A stretch of DNA of 62,440 nucleotides, counting the filler, from Rhabdomonas costata (lineage: Eukaryota): NCBI GenBank assembly GCA_019059605.1. It is 30 parts of 30 records of this genome, joined end to end, with 100 filler letters (N's around TTAATTAATTAA, not from the genome) between each part and the next. Parts side by side here need not be neighbours in the genome. Positions count along the whole stretch, not along the records: positions 35,438 to 37,424 come from JAHMHO010006706.1; positions 37,525 to 39,511 come from JAHMHO010006707.1; positions 39,612 to 41,597 come from JAHMHO010006708.1; positions 41,698 to 43,681 come from JAHMHO010006709.1; positions 43,782 to 45,767 come from JAHMHO010006710.1; positions 45,868 to 47,853 come from JAHMHO010006711.1; 24 more parts are not named here. One strand, given 5' to 3'. Of the stretch, positions 35,496-46,293 are shown piece after piece. Each line of letters opens with the position of its first letter. Position 1 is the first letter of the stretch. The position numbers were made by a program, and so were the translations under genes. The notes under the pieces are model-generated. The model did no database searches, had not been told where the DNA came from, and saw only the letters and a program-made list of their open reading frames with translations.

Positions 35496-37424
35496 CTAAG
35501 TGCTGATACCAGATCCTGGTGAGCGGGCGTAGGCCTTTTCGCGCTCTCGGGATGGGGCCTTCAGGAGGAACTCCAGGGGGTTCACCACAACCTCCACTGA
35601 CGTCTCTGAAAGCCCTCCACTGGAGCTCGAGGGTGCCGCGCCGTACGCCGAGAAGTCCGTGGAGTGCTCCGAGAGCTCCGTCGCCGCGGTAGAGGGCGAC
35701 AGCGCCTCGCCCGCGGACGCACTGTACACCCCGTGTGGGCTGCTCACGGGGGCCCGCGGGGGCTTCTTGTGGTAGAAGTGGGACAGGAACTTCATTCTTT
35801 TCTGGTTTTACCTTTCTTTTTCTTTTTCTTTTTCTGAAAGAGAGAGGTCACATTGAAAAGGGACGAAAAGAGAGGCAGGAAGGAAAATCCGAAAGCACAG
35901 CAAGAGAAAAAAAGGCAGCGCTCGCACAGCAAGGGGGGAGCGGTCACAAAGGCAATAGACTCCTGCGGGAGATATACAGAGAGATAATCCACGCCAGTTA
36001 CCCGTTGTGGACTGCCACGACCCCTGCTCAGACACACCTCAGTACCTTGGCACGGGGCTAAACGTCACCGGCACGATTCAATGCTGCACTGCCGAGACGA
36101 CACTTTTGGATGCGTAATCCAATCAGGATCGCAGGCAGTCACGCAACGGCTTTTGTGCTCGCTCGTGCTCGCTCACCATAAAGATCCCAAACGAGGCTGG
36201 GCTGCCACTCTGGGCGTCTGTGAGCTAAGGAGGCATTTGTTGAGCCCCTCAGTCCCTGTCCTATCCCATCCCCTCGCCATCCAACACTCGTCATCAAGCA
36301 AGTAAGCAGTGCGGCGCATTTTTTAGGGGTTCAACAGCGATGATAACCATGATGATACACGGTTTGACGATATTAGATGTTAAACGGAGAGGTACGAGAC
36401 TCGAATTTTTGTGTTGCGCTAGCCAGTCCGCGTCGCGGCCGAATCGGGTGGGACGTTGTCTGTGGGGCAGTTGGGGAGTTTTCGTGGTCGTGCGAACCGA
36501 AAGCGACGCATTTGAAGGGGTTGATCCAACCACTGTAGTTTTCGTACATCACCCTTTAACATAGTAAAACCGATTATCAATGAAAGCAGTTTAAGGTTGT
36601 TAAATGTTTTAAGCCCCCCGTCCTCTCAACACTTGGACCCGCAAGTCGGGACCTCCTAAATTACAAGCGCCCGTTTTGTCTGCAAGGCCAAGAGAACCAA
36701 TATGTGTATGCTGAGATGAGATGCCGCCAGCCGCGGAGTCAGTTCCCCATCGCGGGTTTCAAAGCACAAGAGATAGCACAGGAAAGAACAAGCAGAGTCC
36801 GTGACCGTGGATACACCCACGGAGCTCACAACTCAAGACAAACCGGGAAGGGGGTGGGCGGAATCCCAAGAGAGCCACCGGCACGCAGGTACAAGAACCC
36901 ACAGCAGAAGAGGGCAAGACTGAGACCAACAACTTAGAAAAAAAGCAAATGCACGTGTTGTATCTGAAAGAGAGAAACGAAGGCAGTTTCTTCTGCCACC
37001 GCTTCAGCATACAAAAACCATATGCTGCCAGCTTCGCAGGCTCACGGAGAAGCAAAGGACCACAGGGACAGCTCCGAGGCACTGGAGCAGCGCCGACGCC
37101 ACCACCGCCACCAACGCAACAGTGGCTATACCGTCCTCACCGCCTTCCACTCACGGAAAAGCTTCGCGTCACCACAAGGAAAAATCCTGTGAACGCAGAG
37201 GAAACAATTCCCAGTACCTAAATAACAGTTCAACCCTTCACTACAACTCCACCGCGTCAAACCGCTGTCCCAGCTGAAACATAGCCAGCCGACCCCGCAC
37301 CCAAGCCTGGATTCGCACCGCACTCCACTCTCGCAGCTGACGAAGCTCCTCCGCACGCGCCCGACGCTCCCTTCGTCGTGCCAGTTTCAGCCGAGTCCGC
37401 AGCACATTCACCCGCCACCACAAA
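35496..37424 (-). CDS. IQ-motif protein exon (37424 to ~37255), possibly joined to a Ser-rich exon (~35795-35510)
   Basis: SAVRIQAWVRGRLA matches the IQxxxRGxxxR-type calmodulin-binding motif. Linkage of the two exons is inferred. Confidence 0.5.
36326..36619. mobile_element. Degenerate MITE-like element with imperfect AT-rich TIRs
   Basis: The left end GGGG..TGATACACGGTTTGACGATATTAGATG resembles the reverse complement of the right end, GGGGGG..TGATAATCGGTTTTACTATGTTAAAGG. Confidence 0.35.
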
Positions 37425-37524
37425 NNNNNNNNNNNNNNNNNNNNNNNNNNNNNNNNNNNNNNNNNNNNTTAATTAATTAANNNNNNNNNNNNNNNNNNNN
37501 NNNNNNNNNNNNNNNNNNNNNNNN

Positions 37525-38800
37525 TTTTTGTGGGGAGGAACGAACGGAGGTACCTTAGGGTGGTGGAGTGAGTGACGACTAAATCGGCACTGTCCCTGCG
37601 GGCCCTTTACACTAACAGTGAACATGATGGGCCCTGAGCGTAGCGAAGGGACCATCATGAGAACAGTGATAGAGGTGAGGAGTGGAACCGCGTAGCGGTG
37701 GAACGACGAACAAGACATTACGAGCGGAGCGAGAGCGTGGCCGGAGGCCTCTTCTTCTCTTCTCTTCTCACCCTGCGGGGCCTTTACGCTGAGGTCTCTC
37801 AACCCTCATCATCAGCGTATCGGAGGGCATGTCGACATAGGAGGCATGCCCGTAGAAGGAGTGATACGTAGCGTAGCGGCGTAGGATAGAAGATGTAGGG
37901 TCATCCTCACTCCCTTGGCGTGCGTGTCGGTCGTCACTTCACCACTTTACGATGGCTACGTTCCTCCCTCCCACTCTCACTCTTACGCTATTCCTGTTGC
38001 ATCTTTGCCTCAGGATAGCCCCCCAGATGGCAGTAGAAGGGTGAGCATGGGCATTGCAGCATCAGCGTCAGCATCAGCTACCACCCTCACTCACTCTACC
38101 CTTCACCTCTTACATGGGTTGGAGCGGTGGAAGTGGAGGGTGAGACAGAATGTACTATGCACTGTGTCTACCGTACCACCATCAACGCTAGCACCAGGGC
38201 TAACAACCTCATGCTGTAGTTCGGGTGTCGGAGCGTGAGAAATGGCAGCATGCACTACCACTATCGGTACCTCGACACCTCAACTCATGCATCGAGTGTG
38301 TGACTCGGACGCTACAACTTGAGCTGTGGTGACATTGCTGCTATCTGCCGGTATTTGTACCATCTCAGCCACTAGCCTCTCGTGTGGGTTGGGTTGAGTG
38401 GGTTGATTATCCCCTGTGGTTGGATTCGCAGCCCTTCCACAGGTCGACCTTGGGTCACCTACCCAGCACTACTACCACACGCATCTGGTAAGGGTTCATG
38501 TCCACCAGCACAGGTCACATCACCTTGCCCAACCTGTGGGGTGATAACATGACTCGCCTCTACCCACTACTAATGCATGAACATCAGGGGTTGAGTTACG
38601 CGCTACGTTGCATAGCCTCACCGCGGTACCTGCGGCGTGGTTCACGTGGTTCGTGTTGGTTCGGTCAGTCAGCGAAACGATGCCAACCCAGCGTTGAACT
38701 TCGGGACGACTCCGTACTACTCACGACACTGGGAACTATCGTCGATATGTTGTTGAGCACGGAAGTAGCGAGTGGGACAGTAGTGGCATGGCCGTACGCA
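37525..38800 (-). pseudogene. Decayed zinc-finger ORF, probable transposon/retroelement relic
   Basis: RPCHYCPTRYFRAQQHIDDSSQC followed by many TAG/TGA stops. LYHCSHDGPFATLRAHHVHC*CKGP near 37675-37595. No splice structure. Confidence 0.4.
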
Positions 38801-38837
38801 GCCTTGTTGTTCTGGAGAGATCCCGAGGGACTTCAGC

Positions 38838-39511
38838 GACACCGAACCCGAACCCTGAACCCAACCTCCGAAGAGGGAATGCCGCATACCGAATTCATGA
38901 AGGCCGAATCCTGAACCCGACACCGAACCTTGAGACAGAGACACAGAAGCAAAACCTGACACAGAAGCAGAACTGACACCCGACACAGAAACGGACACAG
39001 AAGCAGAGACAGAGACAGAAGCGGAGACAGAACCCAAGACAGAACCCTCACCCTGAGACGGAGACACGGACACAGAACCGAATGCAAACACCGACGCCAG
39101 AAACGCGAACACCACCACCCCACACACCACCCCTACAGTCATGTTGAGACCCACCGTACCCAGAGACACAGACACCTGACCCAGATCGCACACTCCACCC
39201 CACGGTCCAACATCCCTCCGACTCCACAACCCGACACCATGAACCCAGCAAACACGACCAGCACCACCAGGAACCCTACGCCCACAAACCCACCTACCAC
39301 CAGCCACCCTACGATCAACGCTCCAACCCACAACGCGACCACCAGACCCACCGTCGAAGCCAACACACCCCACGCCACCACTCCCAACAACAACAACAAG
39401 CAAACCATGCCCAACCCAACCACCATGCCCACAACCACCGACCCTACGACACAAACGCACAGCACCAACGCCACCACTCCAGCCCACACCATCAGCCCCA
39501 CCATCAGCCCC
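38838..39511 (+). repeat. Degenerate A/C-rich ~6-bp minisatellite / low-complexity tract
   Basis: Units such as CCGAAC, CCCTGA, GACACA, GAAGCA and CACCAC. A similar tract lies at ~59650-59965. Confidence 0.8.
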
Positions 39512-39772
39512 NNNNNNNNNNNNNNNNNNNNNNNNNNNNNNNNNNNNNNNNNNNNTTAATTAATTAANNNNNNNNNNNNNNNNNNNNNNNNNNNNNNNNN
39601 NNNNNNNNNNNGTGGGTGTTTTTGCCCTCAAACTGGCCTGCAGGGACTTTTTTTTTTACGCTTGCTTTATCTTGGGCTTGGGTTTTGATAAGAGTAAGAA
39701 CTGTAGGCTGGCACACGGTCCTCCCACGACAGAACGGCTCTCTTTGATTTCGAAGGGTGCCATTTGGTGTAT

Positions 39773-39806
39773 GGTAGTAGTAGTAGTGGTGGTGGTGGTG
39801 GTGGTA
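39773..39806 (+). repeat. (GTA)n(GTG)n microsatellite
   Basis: Direct trinucleotide run. Confidence 0.9.
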
Positions 39807-42041
39807 GCTTAGGTTTGTGAAGTCTTTTGTAGATTGAACAGATTCCTTGCTGGGCATATAGTGGTTATGTATCTGCGTAGCGAAGCGGGGGTTAGGGTGG
39901 GTGCGTTCCCAAGGCCCTCCATCTGTTCAATTCACGATGGGCCCTTCATCGGTTCTGTCCAGTTTTTGATGGGAGTGTACTGATGTGAATCTTTGTCCTC
40001 CCACCGGCTGTCGTTTCCGCATTTGATCTCAACTCTTGCCGTCCTCCTTCACCCCCGGCCCGCTTTTTCCGTCTGCATAGTGGATTGCTGCGGTTTCTTT
40101 TCTCTTCATTTTCTTGCGGTTTCTTTCTTTTCGGGTAACGGTTCCAAAGCCCCCACCCCACCCCGCCACCAACTTCCTCCTTTGTCGACTTGCGCTCTTG
40201 GTTGGGATTGTGGTTGGGTTCTGATCCAAATTGCGCGTGTTATTTTTCGTTCCCTTTTCTTCCTCTTCACCGTATCGCTTTGCTTTGGTAGCACAATTGT
40301 AGCAGTGTGTGTATTCTTTGTGTTTTTGTGTTTCTCTCTTTGTGTGTAGGATACTCATTCTCCATTCTCCAACCCAAATTTGCTTTCCTTTCTGTTTACC
40401 ATTGGACCTCCCGCAATTTTTGTGTGGTGTTGCTTTAACGCTTTAAGATGAGGAGCAATGGATAGTGGTCATGCTCGCCCAACCACCCATACGTTTTCCG
40501 CCACCGCTCGTCCCCATTCCACTTCAGTATTATCCGGATGAGCTGGTGATGAGTTGGCTGGCAATTTCTCAGTCTCCCAGTCGCTGAAGATGATTTTCTA
40601 ATCCATTTTCCCTTGCGGGGATTAATGTTTAGTTTGAAAAGTACTCCCTCTTTGGAATATCTTTCGTTCTTTTGGATGATGCGATGTTTTCACCGTGCAT
40701 CCTTGCTATAGGCGCACTCTGCAACTGAATTTTGGTTTACAAGCCGATAGTTTTGTTGCCAGCCTCAGTGGAAGGTGTCGTTTCTATGGCGCTCATAATG
40801 AGAGACAGCAAACTACATTCCAAGGTTGAGTGTTTGTGATCCGTTAAGGTGGAGCCTTTAGGGCACTCCGGTATATTCATTAGTGTTGTACACGAAGTCC
40901 CCCATCCACGATAGCATTTTTCAAGGGGTTACTTTGTGAAACTCCACGTTCGAAGCGCAGGGTTTGTGCTTGGAATTGGTCACAGCCATTCTTACCGTCC
41001 ACCAGGAAGTTTCTTTTGCTGGCATCATTTCGACTTCGCACGCAATTACATTCTTGAGAAAAATGCGGTCTCCCAGGAGGGGGTGGGCCGCCATGTGCGA
41101 ATATCGGACTCACAAGAAGGGACACACGCAATGGGACCCGCCCTCCTAGTGGGGGTGTGCAATTTGGGACCCGTATACGGAGGGCAAGGGAACTGGGACA
41201 TCACCCGACGTTAGAGACTGCGCCTGCTCAGACGTCACTGGAAAAATGGGTCCCATACTGCGCCACCGTGACCACAAACACCACCACAACCTCGTCGCAC
41301 AACTCCCTGACTCATTCTTCTCACGGCAGCCTCCTGCTCTTATCACTTTCTTTCATGGAGTGCGTCTCTTCGGTGTCACGTGTGCCTGTGTTCAAGCCTG
41401 CGGTAGTTCCCTTCTCTATGCTTCATTGCATACACACTCTTTCGGACATGGCGCCCCTCACCTTCGGACAATGTTATTGTGGCATTGCGGGGGTCAAGAG
41501 GCGAAGACATGCATTGGAATAATTTGGTTAATCTGGTTTCGCGAAGGCGGGCATAGGACGTGTGAGTTAGAATGGTTCCCTCTCGTACCCCAAAACANNN
41601 NNNNNNNNNNNNNNNNNNNNNNNNNNNNNNNNNNNNNNNNNTTAATTAATTAANNNNNNNNNNNNNNNNNNNNNNNNNNNNNNNNNNNNNNNNNNNNGTT
41701 GTTTTGGGCCTAAGCTGCCCGCTCCTGCCAACGACCCTAAATGAAATCAGCCCTCACTCGTCCTCTAAAGCCCAAAATACAAAAGTACATGAGAAAAGGC
41801 ATTTCGGGAACAAATTCCCAGTTTTGGCGTATTAAACAGTTTCAAATACCCGCAAGGCATCGCACCGCACATGTCCTGAAAGGTGATGTATGGTTTTCAT
41901 CACTGCGATGCTAAAAATGAAATTGCATTTTCATTGAGCAGTTGTTAAACGTGAACGAAAGAGTGGGTGCGATATTTTCGCGATTCAGGTATTATCAGGA
42001 CTATTGCCTTAATCAGGAGAGGGTTAGAAGCATTTTGGAAT

Positions 42042-42479
42042 GGGGGGTGCTAAGCGGTTTAACATCGTTAAACGGTTTTACGTTGTTAAAACGTTTAACG
42101 ATTGTCGTTTAACGTCGTTAGTTTAACGACGTTAAACGACAAGGTTTAAAACTATGCTAGTAGGCTCGGCCACCAGAAAAATCCCCTCATGTGTAGCTTT
42201 CGGGGCGCACAACAATAAAAACTCCCCCAGCCCCCCCAGGCAACATTCCCGCCTCAACCGCCTGCTCCGGCCGCGCCGCGGCGCTGGCCTTCGCCACTAA
42301 AACTCTGTCCTTTTGTGGCAACTCCTGAGAACCGTTCATAGACCTTCCGGGGAAATTCCCAAATTCAGCCTCGAAAACACCAGAAATTCTGAGGAAAGGT
42401 ACCCCAATACAAAAGGGGTTCATATACATTTGACCGCTTATCCATTTAACGTTTTAAACCATTTAACACTCCCCCCCCC
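42042..42479. mobile_element. ~440-bp MITE-like element with imperfect ~34-bp TIRs and internal hairpins
   Basis: 42042-42075 GGGGGGTGCTAAGCGGTTTAACATCGTTAAACGG versus the reverse complement of 42442-42474, GGGGAGTGTTAAATGGTTTAAAACGTTAAATGG. Perfect 19-bp stem at 42102-42120/42124-42142. Confidence 0.55.
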
Positions 42480-42799
42480 TCAAAAAAAATGCAACCGACC
42501 GTCAGGTCACAAAACATTCGCGCACCTGGGCAATGGTCCAGAAGATCACGGACATAAAACCACAGTATTCGCTTGCAGAAAGCATCCTCGCAGATGGGAA
42601 ATTGAGAGTTCGGAAACTAAGCAGAAGCCCAACAGAAACAAGTAGAGGAAAAAACAAACCACGGAAGTTGGGGCTGGACAAAAAGAATAAGCATCTCGCA
42701 AGTCGCAGTCGTCCGGGCACAACAGACGTCATATGATGACCTGACGCCGACTTTAACGGAGAACAGTCAGAGTGGCACGAAGAGGAAAGTGACCAAGAG

Positions 42800-43330
42800 A
42801 TAGCGGTTTGGAATGACGTGCAAAAGTTGCAGCAACACAACCAAGAAGGGGCAAAGTGGCATCGCGGGAAAATATTCTGAGGTTTCCGACAAAAAATCGC
42901 TGTTTTCATCTGATCGAGATACCAAAACGGAAGAGCGCCTTCCAGGATGAACTTCTTATTCAAGTGCAGCATCCGCCAGGCCCCAATCTCGATTTGCACA
43001 GCCCCCGACTTTCCGGGTACATTTGTTACACTCACCCTTTGTTGAATGACACTACAACCATTGCGCGTGTTCTCTCTTTTTCTTCACAGAACGCCGTGAG
43101 GTTCATACGGGTTCACCATCTCACCATCTTTCATCTTCCTTCACCGATTGGAATCAACAGAAAGGCTCTCAAATCTCAGTTGCGGTGGCGGTTCATCAAT
43201 GCCCAGAACATAATGTAGACCCTGCCAAGGTAATCCTGCAGCAAGATGTCTGTCCTAGAAGGCTTTTCTAAATAGGTCACCTTCTGAACTCTCAACATGT
43301 TCTTTTCCCTCCGCGCCCACTGATCATCGC
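42800..43330 (+). pseudogene. Possible decayed LINE AP-endonuclease relic
   Basis: IAVWNDVQKL (cf. I.SWNV.GL), frameshifted LIE (cf. LQET) and FINAQ (cf. GDFNA). Stops and frameshifts throughout. Confidence 0.22.
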
Positions 43331-44061
43331 GCCGCCTTCTCACTGCCTGAAAATGAGTCAGATGCAAACTGCAACAACGGTGGCGATAATCGCACCCCAT
43401 CTCAGAGAACTATCTGCTGCATACAAAGGATACATAGGAGCATGGCCGCTAGTACACACACAAGACACACAAGACACACGAACAGCATCCTTCGGTCAAA
43501 CAAAACGCTCTGTATATCCATGCCTTTATTTAACTCAAGCCCATTACATTTTCATAACGTAAGCAGGACGTTCTGCAAAATCACAACCGCAATTAATATA
43601 ATGCAATTTACGGAACTTGCCCACCCAGCCCCCCACGAGAGCTCCACCCGAAAAAGCCAACGAAAATTTCAAAAAAAAAACNNNNNNNNNNNNNNNNNNN
43701 NNNNNNNNNNNNNNNNNNNNNNNNNTTAATTAATTAANNNNNNNNNNNNNNNNNNNNNNNNNNNNNNNNNNNNNNNNNNNNGGGTTGTGTGCAACACAGC
43801 TGCGGTTTTTGGGGAGAGTTGCCCGGGGTCACCGTTTCGAGGCCGCAGGAGGGATAGGTGTTGCAAGCAAGAAGTGCTCAGCACACACTGCTGCCCTCAC
43901 TCCTGCGGATGTGAGTGTGAGTTTTCCAAAGGCTTGACCGCTGAAGATGGGGAGCTTTGGATTCTGGTCTCCCGGCCACGTGGGTGCAGAAGGACTGACG
44001 CGCGGCATCAAAAGAATGCGCTAAGCAGCACCTCAGGGGGTGGGTAGTTGAACCACTTAAC

Positions 44062-45594
44062 CATCGCGCTGAGGCCGATGCTCACTCGGGTTCTGAGCAA
44101 CCGGGCTGCCGTGGGTGACGCCAGGTCCCCGTCCACAACAGCTCGGGTGGGGCTGAGCCTGCTGACGACCACAGTGAGACCGCTGGTGTCCGCGAGTTTC
44201 TGCGCGTCGGTTTGCAGCCTCCGCTGGAGGTGCTCCACCGCAAGCTCCTCCAGCGCGTCAGTCAGGGCCTCGCCCTGTGGGTGTTTTGCACTTTGCTTCT
44301 GGTGGGTTTTGGCGGGTGGTTGTGCACAGGAGTGACACGAAAATCCTGCCCCCCCCCCCCACATTGTCGTCAGTGCCCAATGGCTGAATTGCCACTTCCC
44401 TGTTCTACGTGGGGTCAAAGCCAACGAGAAAAAGCGAGCTCGAAAAAAAAGCTCCACAACACTGGGCATGCCCGCACAAACGGGGTGCGCACGACTAGAT
44501 CTGGAGCTCTGGCCCGTCAGGACGACGAGTTGGGGTTTGTGTCGCTGAACGGGGGCTAAACGGGTCGAATTATCCCAAAAGAAACCAGAACTCTGAAACA
44601 ATGGTTTTGCGAAGGTACCCATACCAAATGGGCAATTGAGAAACGCTCTAAAATTTCCCTGCGAATTAATGCGTGAGCGGTTAATATCGGCACAGTCATC
44701 GAGCGACCGAACGAGAGGGATAAAGAGCACGGATCAGAGAGCGAAACACAGAGCGAGGATGCCGAAGAGTTTGGCACCTCGACAATCTTCTGATTTGCCC
44801 TGCTCAGCAGGGTGGGCATCGCAACCTGCGTGGCCAGCACGGTCACCTCTGCGGGGCAGGGGACGCCGAGCTGGCCCAGGAAGGCCTTCGCCGCCTCGGA
44901 GAGACGACCCGAGGCACCGCGGCTGCGGGCCTTCAAGTGTCTGAACACGGCAAGCAGCTCGGCCAGGGTGTTATCCAGGGGAATCTCTGCGGTGGGTGGA
45001 GGGTCGGAAGCCAAGCCACGACAGCAAAAGCACACCCCTCAAACAAAGGCAACTTTGGGTGGCGGGTCGGTGGTGTGGGTAGGGCATCCGCTTTGCTCAT
45101 GGTGACGCCCTGTAATGGCGGTTAAGTTCACCGGTCACCGGTTTCTGGTGGGGCCAGTCCTGCCGCCGCGTCGCTGTCCTACTCGTCCGCCCATACCTCA
45201 GTCATGCACAACTGTACTACAAAAATAAAAACAGTCCTTTCAGTTACCCGTTTTCTGTTACCACTGGTAGTGGTTGGAAACTGATACCCATCAACGGTCT
45301 TCATACTCCTGAGAACAGAAAAAAGCCACTTTGCGTCCCTCAACGTCCCTCAACATCATCCCAACCGACATTGTACGTCAGGCGGGACAGGGAGAAATAG
45401 CAAAGGAACCGCCAAACCGCATCTGCATTTGCACGCGAATCAAACTCCGATTCACCCGCACCTCGGCCCAGGTCGGCGTTCACCTTGGCCATCCCACAAG
45501 CAGAGAGGCACCGCAGCAGCTCGGCCTCCTCCTCGCTAAGTGAGCGGTCTAGGGCTAGGGCAAACAAGGCGGAGACTTCCGTGGGTGCGGCCAT
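44062..45594 (-). CDS. Hypothetical protein, N-terminal four exons
   Basis: Exons 45594-45484, 45178-45139, 44986-44778 and 44274-44062 join in phase via GT-AG. No domain recognised. Confidence 0.6.
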
Positions 45595-45877
45595 CGGGAG
45601 AGAGGTTGGAAGTAATTGTATACGGATTGGAGGTTGGGTGGTCAATGAATCAACGCAGCACCAAACACAAAGTCAAAAAAGAAAAGAAAAGAACGCCGAG
45701 AAAGAGGCACTGCCTGAGAAGGAATGGCCCTCTAAAATGACCATCGCTTCAAACCCAACACCCCACANNNNNNNNNNNNNNNNNNNNNNNNNNNNNNNNN
45801 NNNNNNNNNNNTTAATTAATTAANNNNNNNNNNNNNNNNNNNNNNNNNNNNNNNNNNNNNNNNNNNNTTTTGGTGTG

Positions 45878-45939
45878 ACGCCGTTCTGCAGTAGTCATGC
45901 TGTTGGATCAAGCGAATATTGCTTTCCCTATCTTAACTG
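45878..45939 (+). repeat. 62-bp direct repeat, copy 1 (terminal redundancy of the contig)
   Basis: Identical to 47792-47853. Confidence 0.97.
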
Positions 45940-46293
45940 CATTCTAGGCATATCGATGTGCTTTGGGGTGCATGATGTCGAAGGTGCAGTTCACCCCTGC
46001 TTTGAGAGATGCGGTGGTGGTGCTTGTGTGCGGGTGGGGTGGGGGCATAACTGACAATTAGAGCACAAACGGTAGGAAAGGGGTGCAATGAGCTCTTTTT
46101 GTGCTATTCGTCGCCTATTGTCATTATCCGGCTTGACTCGTTGATCGTCTTGCCTCATTCATTCACGACTTCTTTGAAGGGTTTTGTTCTCTTAATAACA
46201 CTTATACCTGCGTTTTCCCACGTTGCTGCAAGTTCTTTTGGTTGCACTCATCACCAGTTATCTTGTTAAATTTTTCTTTGTTCTATATAAGCG

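Noticed and set aside
38717..39559. Long Gly/Val-rich and Thr/Pro-rich ORFs
   Set aside because: These are open because of the A/C-rich low-complexity repeat on both strands. A mucin-like exon cannot be fully excluded but has no support.
41050..41140. CPF(C)...H motif on the minus strand as a LINE C-terminal zinc knuckle
   Set aside because: It needs frameshifts to assemble and no RT motifs are visible nearby, so it is too weak to call.
45139..45211. Apparent in-frame TAG (LCMTEVWADE*DSDAA, minus) suggesting stop-codon reassignment
   Set aside because: The TAG works as the splice acceptor of a 40-nt exon that keeps phase.
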